DNA from: Chiloscyllium plagiosum
Lineage: Eukaryota
Assembly: GCF_004010195.1 (NCBI RefSeq)
Contig: NC_057720.1
Span: 7,928,012 to 7,992,011 of the forward strand
Direction: 5' to 3'
Length of the DNA: 64,000 nt
Shown: piece by piece, positions 13,071-25,167 of the stretch
Position numbering within the stretch: position 1 is the stretch's first letter
Layout of the letters: every line of letters starts with the position of its first letter
Translations under genes and position numbers: made by a program
Notes under the pieces: model-generated
Told to the model about the DNA's origin: nothing
Databases searched by the model: none
The model's input: the letters and a program-made list of their open reading frames with translations, nothing else

Positions 13071-13094
13071 TTGTTTGTATGTGTGTCTACAAGA

Positions 13095-13357
13095 GGCTCT
13101 ACAGCAACTTTCGGCAGCATCCTCCAAATCCGTGACCTGTACCATCTCGAAGGAAAAGGGGAGCAACACCATCGCTGACAGATTCTCCTCCAGATCACTC
13201 AGCAGCCTGAGTTGGATCCATTGTCACTAGATCACAGATCTGGAACTCCCTCCCCAACAGCACGTGCCTGCACAATGTGGACTGCATTGGTTCAACAAGG
13301 TAACTCAGCCCCACCTTCTCAAGGGTCATTGGCAGTGATGCCCCATCCCATGAAGAA
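13095..13357 (+). mobile_element. 3' end of the second CR1-group LINE (partner of the MetaSINE-like SINE)
   Basis: tctggaactccctccccaacagc (WNSLP), ccaccttctcaaggg..catcccatgaagaaa tail. Confidence 0.7.
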
Positions 13358-13364
13358 AGCGGCG

Positions 13365-13460
13365 ATGACACTTTAAAAGCACATTGTTGGTTGTAAAGCA
13401 TATTGGTTTGCTGTACACAACATGAAAGGTGCTGCATAATTGCAAGTTCTTTCATTCTTT
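13365..13460 (+). mobile_element. Relic of a DeuSINE/L2-type tail (other faint Deu-like relics near 21100, 26360, 37740)
   Basis: ttggttgtaaagcatattgg..tgaaaggtgctgcataattgcaagttctttc resembles the SacSINE1/L2 3' end; highly diverged. Confidence 0.4.
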
Positions 13461-14176
13461 TGTATCCAAGTGAGATTTAAGACAGCGAATTGAGATTCCA
13501 CTCAGAGATTCTACCTCTCCAAGTCATCATCAGTTATGTCAGTGAATGTTATCCTGCAAGCTCTCGTGAGCCAACGTTACATTATTCTTCCAGTCAATTC
13601 CAAACACATCGACTGACAAAACTCAGTAACAAGGTGAAGTGGAACTGAGGGCCTGCATTAGCTACTGAGCTTTTCTATTTTACAAAATAACGTAATCAGA
13701 CCAATATCAAAGGCAGCAGCTGGAGGAGAAGATCAGAGAGACCTGGAACTTTGGTCTCTGTGATTGGAAACCAAATGAAGCAGAGGTCCGGAACCATGGC
13801 AACGGAGAGGAAGCAAAACCACCTGTGAAACATTTTGTGCTTAATGACACTGGATAATTATATTCTTGCCCTTAGAAATTCCAGCCTGCCTTCACCTTAA
13901 GGTGCTGACGTGGGCTGGGGGGAAAGCTTTAAGACTGGTGGCACAGCACTGGTACCTCAACTAAGCTGTCATTCTTCTCATGATCCTCAACCAGGTCTGT
14001 CCAAACTCTCTCCTCCATTACCACAGGCGCTTCCTGAGACGTGTCAAATCCTTTCCAGAAAATAAATTCCTTATCAATAAGGTTGCAGGGCTGAGATCGT
14101 CCTGTTTTATTGTGAGAGGAATTGACCAAGTGGCTTACATGAGACTCCAAACCCACAGCAATCTGGGTGACTGTCA

Positions 14177-14560
14177 GGGTGGCACCGTGGCTCAGTGGTT
14201 AACACTGCTGCCTCACAGTGCCAGGGGCCCAGGTTCGATTCCAGCCTCGGGCGACAGTCTATGTGGAGTTCGCGCAGTCTCCCCGTGTCGGCGTGGGTTT
14301 CCTTCAGATGCTCCGGTTTCCTCCTGCAGAACAAAGATCTGCAGGCTCGATGGATTGTCAACGGGAATTTATTATCACAGGAAGTAGTTGTTGCCAAAAC
14401 ATTGTATGTATTCAAGAGGCAGCCGGATATAGTGGTTGGGTCAAAGATTGTGGGGAGAAAACAGGACTTGGATGATCAGGCATGAATGGCCTCCTCCTGC
14501 TCCTATCTTCTATGTTTCTATGGGAAATGTGGGGGTTTCATGGGTAGGGGGATGGCTCTG
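14177..14560 (+). mobile_element. HE1: HE1 V-SINE interrupted by a CR1 3' fragment (~14370-14522)
   Basis: A/B boxes and V-domain; the insert ends (ttctatg)n. Confidence 0.8.
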
Positions 14561-14569
14561 GTTGACAGG

Positions 14570-14915
14570 TCAGTAATAGGAGTGCACTAACTCAGGTTAA
14601 CCCAGAGACTCAGATAACGTTCTGGGGACCTGGGTTTGAAAGCTGTCACGGCGGATGGTAGAATTTGAACTCAACAAATATCTGGAATTAGGAATCTAAT
14701 GATGACCATGAATCCATTGTCGATTGTCGGAAAAACCCATCTGGTTCACTAATGTCCAATAGGGAAGGAAACTGCCATCCTTACCTGGTCTGACCTCCAT
14801 GTGACTTCAGACCCACAGCAATATGGTTGACTCTTAACTGTCCTCTGGCAATTATGGATGGGCAATAAATGCTGGCCTGGCCAGCGATGTCCACATCTTG
14901 TGAATGATTAAAGAT
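14570..14915 (+). mobile_element. MetaSINE-like SINE, near full length
   Basis: B box gggtttgaa, core aaaaacccatctggttcactaatgtcc..ccttacctggtctgacc..gtgacttcagacccacagc, tail gatgggcaataaatgctggcc..gtgaatgattaaa. Confidence 0.85.
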
Positions 14916-14949
14916 GAAAAAGACCAAGAGGGAATTACTATCATATTAA

Positions 14950-15957
14950 GGTTCATAGCTCCTTGAAAGTGGAGTTGCGGGTAGATAGGATAGTGAAGAA
15001 GGCGTTTGGTATGCTTTCCTTTTTTGGACAGGGCATTGAGTACAGGAGTTGGGAGGTCATATTCCGGCTGTACAGGACATTGGTTAGGCCACTGTTGGAA
15101 TATTGCGTGCAATTCTGGTCTCCTTCCTATCGGAAAGATGTTGTGAAACCTGAAAGGGTCCAGAAATGATTTACAAGGATGTTGCCAGGGTTGGAGGATT
15201 TGAGATATAGGGAAAGGCTGAACAGGCTGGGGCTGTTTTCCCTGGAGTGTTGTAGGCTGAGGGGTGACCTTATAGAGGTTTACAAAATTATGAGGGGCAC
15301 GGATAGGATAAATAGACAAAGTCTGTCCCCTGGGGTAGGGGAATTCAGCACTAGAGGGCATAGGTTTAGGGTGAGAGGAAAAGATATAAAAGGGACCTAA
15401 GGGGCAACTTTGTCACATAGAGGGTGGTACGTGCATGTAATGAGCGACCATTGTGGGCGGCACAGTGGCACACTGCTGCCTCACAGCCCCAGAGACACGG
15501 GTTCAATTCCCGACTCAGGCGACTGACTGTGTGGAGTTTGCACATTCTCCCCGTGTCTGCGTGGGTTTCCTCCGGGTGCTCTGGTTTCCTCCCACAGTCC
15601 AAAAATGTGCAGGTTAGGTGAATTGGCCATGCTAAATTGCCCGTAGTGTTAGGTAAAGGGGTAAATGTAGGGGAATGGGTGGGTTACGCTTCGGCGGGTC
15701 GGTGTGGACTTGTTGGGCTGAATGGCCTGTTTCCACACTGTAAGTAATCTAATCTAATCTAATCCAATCTAATCTGATGGAGGCTGGTACAATTGCAAAA
15801 TTTAAAAGGCATCTGGATGGGTATATAAATAGGAAGGGCTTAGAGGGATATGGGCCAGGTGCTGGCAAATGGTACTAGATTAGGTTAGGATATCTGGTCG
15901 GCATGGACAAGTTGGACCGAAGGGTCTGTTTCTATGCTGTGCATCTCTATGACTCTA
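14950..15957 (+). mobile_element. HER1: HER1 LINE 3' part interrupted by HE1
   Basis: ORFs 14963-15169 and 15179-15400 (VKKAFGML..LEYCVQFWSP..RGDLIEVYKIM); tail ctctatgactcta. Confidence 0.92.
15455..15775 (+). mobile_element. HE1: HE1 V-SINE nested in HER1
   Basis: gggcggcac head, V-domain, (aatct)n tail. Confidence 0.92.
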
Positions 15958-16599
15958 AGGAATCCGTCATCGGGGATTGACTGATGGTTGTGGGTGAGTT
16001 TACATTAAATTAGTAAAACACATTGCAAGTCATTAAGCAGATCATTGGAGCAAGTGATCTAAGCCCAGTTGTGGATACAACCTGCAAACCAAAAGTAGAC
16101 GAACCATTAACAGGGCGGCAGCTTTGCTTAGAGACAACACAGGGCATCCTGAAGGGCAAACTCTCTTAAAGGGTAAGTAGACATGCAATGTTTGGATGAA
16201 AAGCTTTCACTCTTGAGCCCTGTTAGAACAAGGAATATTTTGTAACTATTGAGACAAAAACCAGATTATCATTTAAAGCGAAATTGGATCATTACTTAAA
16301 AAGGAATAATGCAAGAGATGGTGGCAAGAGGCCAAGGATAGGAGATCAGAGTAAACAGCTACAGTTACAGAACAAACATTAGCAAGGACTTGATAAGACA
16401 TATTGCTTTCTTTTGTGCTTTGCTTTCCATGGTTTCATGACTGACTCTAATTTTTTCTTTTGACTTTTTTTTAAACTTGCCCCATTTTGTTCCATTAAAT
16501 CAAATGTTGAGAAACATTAAAAACACAGGCATGTAATTACCATGCCTCACGATACAAACCAGTCACATGTGGGGAAAGACAGAACTTGACCTGAGTTAA

Positions 16600-16760
16600 A
16601 ATCCTGGCACTCCCTTCCTGAGAGTATGAAGGGAATACTGACACTACCTGGCCATGAGCAGTTCAGGAAGGCAGCTCACCATCAGCTCCTCAAGGCCACT
16701 AGTGATGGACAATAAAAGCTGCCGTAGCCAGCGACAAATCTCATCAATGCATTCAAAGAA
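16600..16760 (+). mobile_element. 3' end of the second CR1-group LINE
   Basis: aaatcctggcactcccttcc..gcagttcaggaaggcagctcacc..gatggacaataaa. Confidence 0.65.
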
Positions 16761-16975
16761 TCGAATAGGGCGCCAGGGTGTAAGATGATGCAGTGTTTAG
16801 GGTTGGCGAGAGTGGGCAGGAGATATTGGATCCATTGCGAAATCAGCATCAGGTAAGGCTGGGAACAGAGGGATGTCAGGTCAGGTTTGACAGAGGAGGC
16901 GGAAGGAAGTTAGGTGTGTCAGTGGGTGTGGGAGAGGTGAGGGTCGGGTCTGGCAGTGGGTGGGGGGAGTGAGGG

Positions 16976-17149
16976 NNNNNNNNNNNNNNNNNNNNNNNNN
17001 NNNNNNNNNNNNNNNNNNNNNNNNNNNNNNNNNNNNNNNNNNNNNNNNNNNNNNNNNNNNNNNNNNNNNNNNNNNNNNNNNNNNNNNNNNNNNNNNNNNN
17101 NNNNNNNNNNNNNNNNNNNNNNNNNNNNNNNNNNNNNNNNNNNNNNNNN
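16976..17149. other. Assembly gap (174 N) within a G-rich low-complexity tract (~16790-17460)
   Basis: Run of n flanked by gggtc/gggg-rich sequence. Confidence 0.99.
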
Positions 17150-17524
17150 TGGGGAGGGGATTTGAGCTGAGTTTGACGGGTTGGGGGGAGGGTAGATGGG
17201 GAGTTTGGATCCTTGAACAGGGGCTACCAGCGAGGCCTGGTCGCTGGTCTTGGAGGAGAGGGGCTTTATCCAGGTCTGATCTAGACCTGTCCAGCAGAGA
17301 GGGAGGATTAGATCAGGGTCACTGGGGGTAGGGGAAAGCGGGTTGTCATGGGTCAGGGTTCAGTGGTAAGGGTTTGGGTCAGTGCTGGTAGAGGGTCGGG
17401 ACCTTGGGGAGGGATAGTTGTGACTGGGTGAGGTCAGTCGAATTGTCAATGGGGAGTCAGACTATGTACTTAACAGTCGAACTGTCCCTCCATAACTATT
17501 TTGCATTTGATCCGAAGAGCTCTC

Positions 17525-17870
17525 TTCACTGCTTCAGAGGGCAGCTGAGAGTCAACCATGGAGCTGTTGACGTGGAGTCACGTCTACACCTCCAGACCAG
17601 GGGAAATTGGTCAATTACCTTCCCTAAAATGACACCTAGGATATCTGACCAGCATGGACGCGTTGGACCGAAGAGTCTATTTCTGTGCTGTACATCTCTA
17701 TGACCATGTGAGTCTAGCGAAACAGGTGTGGTTTTACAACAACTGACGATTGCTATCACGATCATCATTATTGATATTAACTTTGTATTCCAGATTTATT
17801 ATTCGTGACGGTGGGGGTAGGGCAGGGAAGCTGGGAATTTGAACTGGGTCCTCTGCGGATTATGGAATTA
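17525..17870 (-). mobile_element. MetaSINE-like SINE with a short HER1 tail insert (+, ~17636-17712)
   Basis: cagaggggcagctgagagtcaacca..ggagtcac..ccagaccagg core; insert ttggaccgaagagtctatttctgtgctgtacatctctatgac. Confidence 0.7.
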
Positions 17871-18679
17871 TATATTGTTGGGAACAGAGTGCTTGGCACT
17901 GTGATTATAAAACAAAGGTTATACAATGCCTGGGAAGGTCACAAACAGATTGTGACAAGGCCTCATAAGTAGTCATGGGAGAATTGCAATCTTTGTGACT
18001 TCAATGAGATTTACGGTGGGGACAAGAACTATACATCAGAGAATCGAAACTTTGAGAGGTCTGTCTGAAACAGCAGGTAAGGAAACTCACAAGGGAAATG
18101 AGCAATATTGGAATATTTCCAAACTAATGAGAAGGCATATAATAAGCTGCACTGAAGGAAGGGAACATTCAGGGGTCTGGTAATCATGAGGTTATTAATT
18201 ATGAAGTTGAAAAGAGGACAGAAAAGATAATAACCACTCAGGAAACCAGACTCCTGAAGTTCATGTTGGAGGAAGTGCAATGTTGTATGGAATGAATTAA
18301 ATTGTAAAGGGATAAACATGGGTATAAACAGGAACATTTCAAGGAGCGATTTCATTGCATTTAAGAGGCAGTTTATGTACCAGAAATAAGGTAAGTACCA
18401 ATGCTAAATGGATATCAATGAAAGGCATTAGGCAGGAAAAGATGTATTAAAACTCTAAAAGAAAGGGCAAGTTTGGGAGATCTCTTATGAAAAGCATATA
18501 AATGTTTTACAGCATTCGTGAAGTGTATCCAGGGGCAAGCGTTAGTCTGCTTGATCAGCAACTTATTCATCAACTTAAATATTCACTCCCTGCACCACCG
18601 GTGCACAAAGATCAGATTTGCATTCAGGTTAGTGAATGTAAAGTTAATGGATTAGAGAATTAAACATAAAGAAATGCAG

Positions 18680-19075
18680 CCATCATCATCAGCAGCCTCT
18701 CGTAAACGAGGATGACTCTCTCCCACTGTCAGGGTGAGTCCATAGGTGGCTGTACAGACTGATGCGGCAGGCAGTGGTCACGGGAAGGGGGTGGTTGGGG
18801 GTCATTGGTATGTCAGCATGCCCCTTACGTTGCTTCCCCCCCAGTTTCCACTTTTTCCCAATGGCAAGTCTTGAGTTGTCGACAGCTTCTCAAATGCTCC
18901 TCCTCCACTTCAGGACGGTCTCAGGCCAGTGATTCCCAGGTGTTCATGGGAATGCTACATGTAGCCAGTGAGGCCTTGAGTGGTATCCCTGAGGCGCTTC
19001 CCTTGTCCACCTGGGGCCCGCCTGCCATTTTGGAGCTGGGAGTGGAAAACCAGCTTGGGGAGTCTCGTGTCAGGT
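18680..19075 (-). mobile_element. RTE-clade LINE 3' end
   Basis: Minus frame PDTRLPKLVFHSQLQNGRRAPGGQGKRLRD; 3' stem-loop ctcgtaaacgag and (tga)n tail (catcatcatc on +). Confidence 0.8.
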
Positions 19076-19635
19076 AGAACAGCCATGATCGTATTGAATG
19101 GCTCGAGGGGCTGAATGGCCTCTTCCTGTTCCTATTTCTTATGGCCTTGTGGACAAAGTCTATCTGAGACCTGACATACTGAAGTCTGGGTTTCGTCTTG
19201 TTCTGGTATGATGTGACTCCAAAGGTATTATTAGCGTGAAGATACAGTTAACCCTTTGCCTCACATGTCACAGCAGTATGTGTTGGACACGCTGCAGTAA
19301 CTCAACAAGATCTTTTCAATAGTATTTCCCAAACTATAATCCTATTACCTCGTCACAGTCTGCAGCCTCATGGCCAGGTATGTCCCAGACTCTACCAGGG
19401 GATCAACTTTTGTTCAGTAAAGAGAGCAGGAGTGTGTGTCAGGACCAGCACTAGGCATACTTCAAAATGAGTTGTCAACCTGGTGAAGCTACAACAGAAG
19501 ACTTTGCATGCCAGACAGCATAAACTACAGGTAATACACAGGACTGAGTGATCCTACATCTAATGGATCAGACCTCTGCCCTGTAATCCTCCAAATTCAT
19601 TTGTGAATGGTGGTTGTAAATTTTAAAACCAATAG

Positions 19636-20218
19636 GAACAGAATAGAATATCTTTTATTGTCACATGTACTCAAGTACAGAGTACAGTGAAAGGTTTTAC
19701 AATCCCATCTTTTATGGAGGCATTTTAGGCACAAGTACCCAGGTACAAACCTTAGATATAAAAAGAGCAACTTAAAAAAACGTAGTTGCATTACTTCACA
19801 GTGATTCGTAGTATAAGTTAGAAATAAGACATAGTTAAAGGATTAGGTGAAAGTGGGTCCTGCAGATGCTGGAGATTAGACTCAAGATTAGGTCAGGCAA
19901 CATCTGCGGAGCAGGAATATCAACATTTTGGGCAAAAGCCCTTCATTCGGAATGAGCTTTGGGACTCACTACCATTCACCCCAGCCTCCACTCCAGGACT
20001 CAGTACGCCGCCCCCGCCCTTTCCCCCGGTCCTTGGCTCTGCTCCGGGACTCACTCCCTATGCCGGTCCCTGCTCCAAAACTGCCTCCCTTCCAAATAAC
20101 CCCAAGTCATTAGTTGAAAACAAATTGCAGAAAGGAGGAAAAACAAAAGAGAGGAGAAAAACAAAAAGAACGGGCAGAGCAGAGGAGCTCCGGCTGGAGC
20201 AGATTACTCCATCTCCAT
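19636..20218 (-). mobile_element. Non-coding element with a Rex1/Babar-type 3' tail (non-autonomous, SINE-like)
   Basis: Minus-strand end ctttcactgtactctgtacttgagtacatgtgacaataaa resembles the Rex/Babar tails at ~37420 and ~41232; no ORF; interrupts a LINE. Confidence 0.5.
19845..19955 (-). mobile_element. Penelope-like terminus (family A), internally deleted
   Basis: aaagtgggtcctgcagatgctggaga..ttttgggcaaaagcccttcattcggaatg. Confidence 0.75.
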
Positions 20219-20817
20219 GGATGGTGGACCCAGCGCATCATGCACATCACAGGACTGCAGCATTTGGACCCACCTTCAGCCAGAAGTGACTGATCAATAT
20301 TCTTGAGGCCCTTAGCATCATAGGTGCCAATTCAATTCACTCCATGGGCTGTCAGGAAATGGCTGAAGACTCTGGATACTGAAAAGCCCAAACTGACAAA
20401 TTCTGGCAATAGTACTGAAGATCTGTGCGAAGAGCTTGTCGCACGCTGAGCCAATCTTTTCTGGTACAGAGACAGCGCTGGCATCTACCCAACAATGTGA
20501 AAAGTTGCTCAGGTATGTCACGTGCATGAAAGTCAGGACATATCCAAGCTGGTCAGTTAGCACCCATCATGCTCATCACAGACATGATGGGCCAAAGGCC
20601 CTGTTCCAGTGTGGTTCTGTTCTATGTTTCTTGTACGTGGAATGGCTCTGAGTGCTTTCCAGAAAAATAGTACTGGTTGAAGGGTAGTCACCATTATAAT
20701 ATAGGAAGTTTACAGACAGCTATCTATGCACAGCAAACTCCCACAAATAATTTGGCGCAATGACCAGATTATCAGGTTTTCTGGCGATGACTGTGAGACA
20801 ATGTTGACCAGGTCATC

Positions 20818-21075
20818 ATGGTCATAGAGTCATGGAGTCCTGGAGTCCTAGAGTCCCATAGCACAGAGACAGGCCCTTTGGCCCAAACTGGTTCATGCTG
20901 ATCAAAATGTCCATCCACACTAACCCCATTTCCCTGCACTTGGCCCATATCCTTCTGAACCTTTCCTATCCATGTATTTGCCCAAATGTTTTTAAAATGT
21001 TGTTATTGTACACACATCAACAACTTCCACTGGCAGCTCATTCCATATGCGTACCACCCTGTGCATTAAAAATTG
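20818..21075 (-). mobile_element. HER1-like CR1 3' end
   Basis: (gagtcatg/gagtccta)n tail complement; caggccctttggccc stem-loop. Confidence 0.8.
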
Positions 21076-21162
21076 CTTATGAATCGGTGCAAATGGTTGT
21101 TTCACCTAGATCTGACAGATAGACAGGGCCTCAGTTAATGTATCATCAGAACGGCGTCAAAT

Positions 21163-21257
21163 CTGCTGCCTAACTGTATCACTGATCTGCTGTGCTTTTC
21201 CAGCAGCACTCTAATCTAGATTCTGATTTCCAGCATCTGCAGTCCTCAGTTTTGCCT
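21163..21257 (+). mobile_element. Penelope-like terminus (family A) without hammerhead
   Basis: ctgctgtgcttttccagcagcactctaatc..ttccagcatctgcagtcctc. Confidence 0.7.
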
Positions 21258-21994
21258 TGTATCATTGGAGCACTGAGTTCACATTGCGCTGGGGATGGCA
21301 ACCTCAGCTGCAGCTTGAAATCACCATTTCATTTTCAGAAATAGGCACCTTGCCTATGTGCCTGTGAGACTATCACAGTGCCTTTTCTTTACCTTCATCC
21401 AACAGATCATTTAACTCCAACAGACTATGGATCGATCCTAGTTTCTTTCAGCTCTGAACAGCTGAGTCTGCTTATTGAACAAGCCAGCTGGGCAACATTG
21501 TCTCCTGGAGAGAGATACTAAACCAGTTCAGAGCTAAGTCTTTAGAAAACAAAGATGTGTTTGATTCTGGAACTGGAAATAGATCAATCCCTTGCAGCAA
21601 ACAGATTTGAAAAGTGTAGCATCATCACTGCAGGGTTAATCCCAAAGATGCGCTGGGAGAGTTAAAAAAAAATCAGGGTACAAATTCTCCGTGAGAACCA
21701 GCTCTTTAACCTTTCGAGTGATGCTGTGGAAGTTACTCATCAGTCAAGAGATCAGCAAGCACACTCAACAATGCAAATCTCAGGCTGTCATTACTCGTCA
21801 TCTTTGAGTCAACGAGATGCAGAAAAGGCCAAAATGGCTCTTGACACAGCTCACAACAGCTTGCAAATTCTTCTGTCTGTCTGAGTTCAACAGGAATGTG
21901 ACCCAGGAGCAAGGTGACAGGGGGTATTGGGTATTGGGGATGGCTGCTGACCTGACTGTGATGGAAAGAGACAGAGGTGTCCATTACATTATAT

Positions 21995-22430
21995 CCACTC
22001 ACAGATATGGATGTCTTTGGCTAGGTCAGAACTCATTGTCCATCCTTAGTTGCCCAGAGGGCAGTTAACAGTCAACTACATTATGATGGGTCTGGAGTCA
22101 CACATAGGCCAGACCAGGAAAGAATGACAGATCTCCTTCCCTGAACCAGATGGGTTTTTCCAATAATTGACAATGGTTTCATGGTCATCATTACACTCTA
22201 AATTTCAGATCTTTTCATTGCACCATCTGCCATGTTGGGATTGGAATGAACTCATGTCCCCAGAACATTAGCTGAGGTTTTGGATTAATAGTCGAGAGTG
22301 TGGTGCTGGAAAAGCACAGCAGGTCAGGCAGCATCCGAGGAGCAGGAGACTCGACGTTTTGGGCAAAAGTCCTTCATCAGAAATGATGGATTAATAGTCT
22401 GGTGGTAGCACCACTAGGCCATTAGCACCC
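21995..22430 (-). mobile_element. MetaSINE-like SINE containing a PLE insert
   Basis: Tail, core and head present; interrupted at 22294-22386. Confidence 0.8.
22294..22386 (-). mobile_element. Penelope-like terminus (family A), tail-less
   Basis: 13-bp TSD tggattaatagtc (22281-22293 / 22387-22399); minus core ctgatgaaggacttttgcccaaaacgtc. Confidence 0.85.
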
Positions 22431-22892
22431 CCTTTATCATCAGAAAAACCAAGATCTACAGCTCAGCCACGGAGATGATGTGGGAATCAGATGTGAGCTC
22501 TGTGGCCCAGTTAGTAGCACAATTGCTTCCGCGGTCACAGGTAATGGACATTAGACCACAGGTTAGGAACATTAAGCCAGACGTTTAGGATCAGATGACG
22601 CTGCACATGAAGATTTTTGTGACTCAACTATTTTAGGAATTTTCAGCTGGGACATTCAATTCCATTGACAGTGCAGATATTGATGGGAGGTTTGGGTATG
22701 AGAAAAGGTAGACCAAGAAGGACATGTCTTCTGCACACAGCCATAGCTCCATCCTCAGCTGGGTTTACAAAGGCCTTAGACTTTCAATAAGTGAGCAGGT
22801 GGCTGGGCTGGTGAATGACTGCAAGATGTGCTGCAGTGATTCAGCAAAAAGATCCTTAGATAGCACCTTCCAAGATCACTTCTACCTGGAAG

Positions 22893-23605
22893 GAAAACAA
22901 AAACAGGAAATGCTGGAAAATCCCAGCAGGTCTGGAAGCATCTGTGGAGACAGAAACCAAGCTAATGTTTCAGATTCAGAAACCCTTCTTCACAGTACAG
23001 GAACAGACCCTTCAGTCCACTAGGTCTGTACCGACCATAATGTCATTCTAGATTAGTGGTGCTAGAAGAGCACAGCAGTTCAGGCAGCATCCAAGGAGCA
23101 GCGAAATCAACGTTTCGGGCTGTCATTCTAAACTAGTCCCATCTGCCTGCACATAGCCCACATCCCTTGATTCTTGCCTTCAGGATTTGACATTGAGTTT
23201 AACAATTTCAGAACACAAACTTCCCTTCCTTTCCCTTTCTATTACCCATTACACACTCCAATTCCTGTTATGATATTGATGGCTTTCAGCACAGCCAATC
23301 TATTTCTCCTACTCATAATCCCCATTCTCCCCTATTGAGTTTCTCCTTTTCCCTGGTTTACAATTAACAATGCTGTTGTCTAATGCACTTTTTATCCCTC
23401 TCTCTCTCTGGGCTCATTCATTCACTTAACTGTTCACTCCCTTTTATCCCCACCCTTCACCATCAACATAAATACAACCTTTTCCTTGCTGCTATCTGTT
23501 CAGAAGAAGGGACACTGGATCTGAAAGATTAACTCTGTTTCTCTCTCCACAGATGCTGACAGGTGTGCTGAGCTTTTCCAGCAATTATTGTTTTTGTTTG
23601 TTTTC
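22893..23605. mobile_element. Older Penelope-like element (family C) with inverted termini, interrupted by a CR1 tail and a family A PLE
   Basis: Left aaaacaaaaacaggaaatgctggaaaatcccagcagg is inverted to right ..ctgagcttttccagcaattattgtttttgttt; ORF end ggatttgacattgagtttaacaatttcaga (G.DIEFNNFR); degenerate core cagaagaagggacactggatctgaaa. Confidence 0.7.
23051..23120 (-). mobile_element. 70-bp Penelope-like terminus (family A)
   Basis: 10-bp TSD tgtcattcta (23041-23050 / 23121-23130). Confidence 0.85.
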
Positions 23606-23680
23606 ATATTTTTAACGCTGGCTGGGGGGAGAGATTTCTCCTGAATTTCCTGGATTTGTACATAACTGTATTACATTTAC

Positions 23681-23886
23681 GATGTGGAGGTGCCGGTGTT
23701 GGACTGGGGTGGACAAGGTCAGAAGACACACGACACCAGGTTACAGTTTAATAGGTTTATTCGGAATCACAAGCTTTGGGAGTGCTGCCCCTTCCTCAGA
23801 TAAAGTGACAAAAGGGCAGCGTTCTGAAACCTGATGATTTCAAACAAACCTGTTGGTCTACAATCTGGTGTTGTGTGACTTCTGAA
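23681..23886. mobile_element. Fold-back Penelope-like element (family B)
   Basis: Arms cagaagacacacgacaccagg..aggtttattcggaatcac / gatttcaaacaaacctgttgg..ctggtgttgtgtgacttctg; ~38-nt tail gatgtggaggtgccggtgttggactggggtggac. Confidence 0.75.
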
Positions 23887-23915
23887 ATGTTACGTTTATT
23901 GAGAATATGATTATA

Positions 23916-24060
23916 TTAGATTAGATTAGATTAGATTACTTACAGTGTGGAAACAGGCCCTTCGGCCCAACAAGTCCACACCGACCCTCCGAAGAGCAAC
24001 CCACCCACACCCTTCCCCTACATTTACCCCTTCACCTAACACTACGGGCAATTTAGCATG
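23916..24060 (-). mobile_element. HE1: HE1 3' fragment
   Basis: (ttaga)n, acagtgtggaaacaggcccttcggccc. Confidence 0.85.
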
Positions 24061-24206
24061 TTGTTGTATTTAACCCTCATTCTTGCTTCCCAATAAATGA
24101 TAAGAGCTTGGCAGGGTGGATGTGAACAGGATGCTTCTCACATGGATGAGTTTGTGTGATATACAGAGAGAAGTGATCTGATTCAAGGGAGCCATTATCT
24201 TGAAGA

Positions 24207-24288
24207 ACCTGATGAAGGAACTGCATCCCAAAACTAGTGCTTCCAAATAAACCTGTTGGGCTATAACCTGGTGTTGTATGATTTTTAA
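24207..24288 (+). mobile_element. Penelope-like terminus (family B), degenerate hammerhead
   Basis: cctgatgaaggaactgcatcccaaaactagtgcttccaaataaacctgttgg. Confidence 0.7.
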
Positions 24289-24409
24289 GATGATCCTGCA
24301 GGATAGATTTGTTGTGCCTTGTTACAGAGCGAACAAATGGTTTACATCTCCTTTATGATATTGATCAATGATGGTCAGTTCGCAATAGAGTATGGTAGAG
24401 GTTTCAGAA

Positions 24410-24578
24410 CTGCAATCCTCTCCCTCAGGGCACTGTGGATCTACCTACAGCACATGGATTGTAGTGATTCAAGAAGGCAACTCACCCCCACCACTTACTC
24501 GAGGGGCAATTAGGGACAGGCAATAAAGGCTGACCCCACCAACAATGCCCATGTCCTGTGAATGAATTAAAATAAAAG
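24410..24578 (+). mobile_element. 3' end of the second CR1-group LINE
   Basis: ttcaagaaggcaactcacc..ggggcaattagggacaggcaataaa..cctgtgaatgaattaaaataaaa. Confidence 0.75.
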
Positions 24579-24594
24579 AATGGCATACTGTATA

Positions 24595-25167
24595 ACAGCA
24601 TGGAGGTGATGTTGGAGTCAGATAGAGCATTGGTTAGCCCACAGCTGGAGTACTGTGTGCAGTTCTGGTCACCTCACCACAGGAAGGATGTGATAGCACT
24701 AGAGGAGGGTACAGAGGAGGTTCATCAGGATGTTGTCTGGGATGGAACAACTGAGCTATAAGGAGAGACTAGATAGTCTTGGATTGTTTTCTTTAGAACA
24801 GGGGAGGCTAAGAGGAGACATGATTGAGGTGTATAAGAGCAGAAGGGGTATGGACAGGGTGAGTAGGGAGCAGATGTTCCCCTTGGTTGAGGGGTCAATC
24901 ACAAGAGTTTTAGGGTACAGGGGCATGGGATTCAGAGGTGATTTGAGGAAAACGTTTTCACTCAGTGGGGCTTGGGAATCTGGAATCTGAGAAGGTAGGG
25001 GAAGCCGGAAACATTACAACAATGAAAAAGTTTATGGACGAGCACTTAAAATATCATAACATTCAAGGATGTGGGACAAGTGCAGGAAATTTGGATTGTG
25101 GATAGCTTTTGTCGGCGCAGACTGAATGGGGTGAAGGGCCTTTTCTGCTGTGCGACTCAGTGACTCT
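24595..25167 (+). mobile_element. CR1 LINE 3' end
   Basis: ORF 24730-24990 LSYKERLDSLGLFSLEQGRLRGDMIEVYK. Confidence 0.88.

Larger units (their letters stand above)
19290..20570 (+). mobile_element. Degenerate internal fragment of the second CR1-group LINE, split by younger inserts
   Basis: caacctggtgaagctacaac and caattcactcc..ctggatactg..ggcatctacccaacaatgtg align by eye to 61200-62050. Confidence 0.65.

Noticed and set aside
17880..18480. Purine-rich stretch, possibly a very old CR1 endonuclease/linker region
   Set aside because: Too degraded to support by eye.
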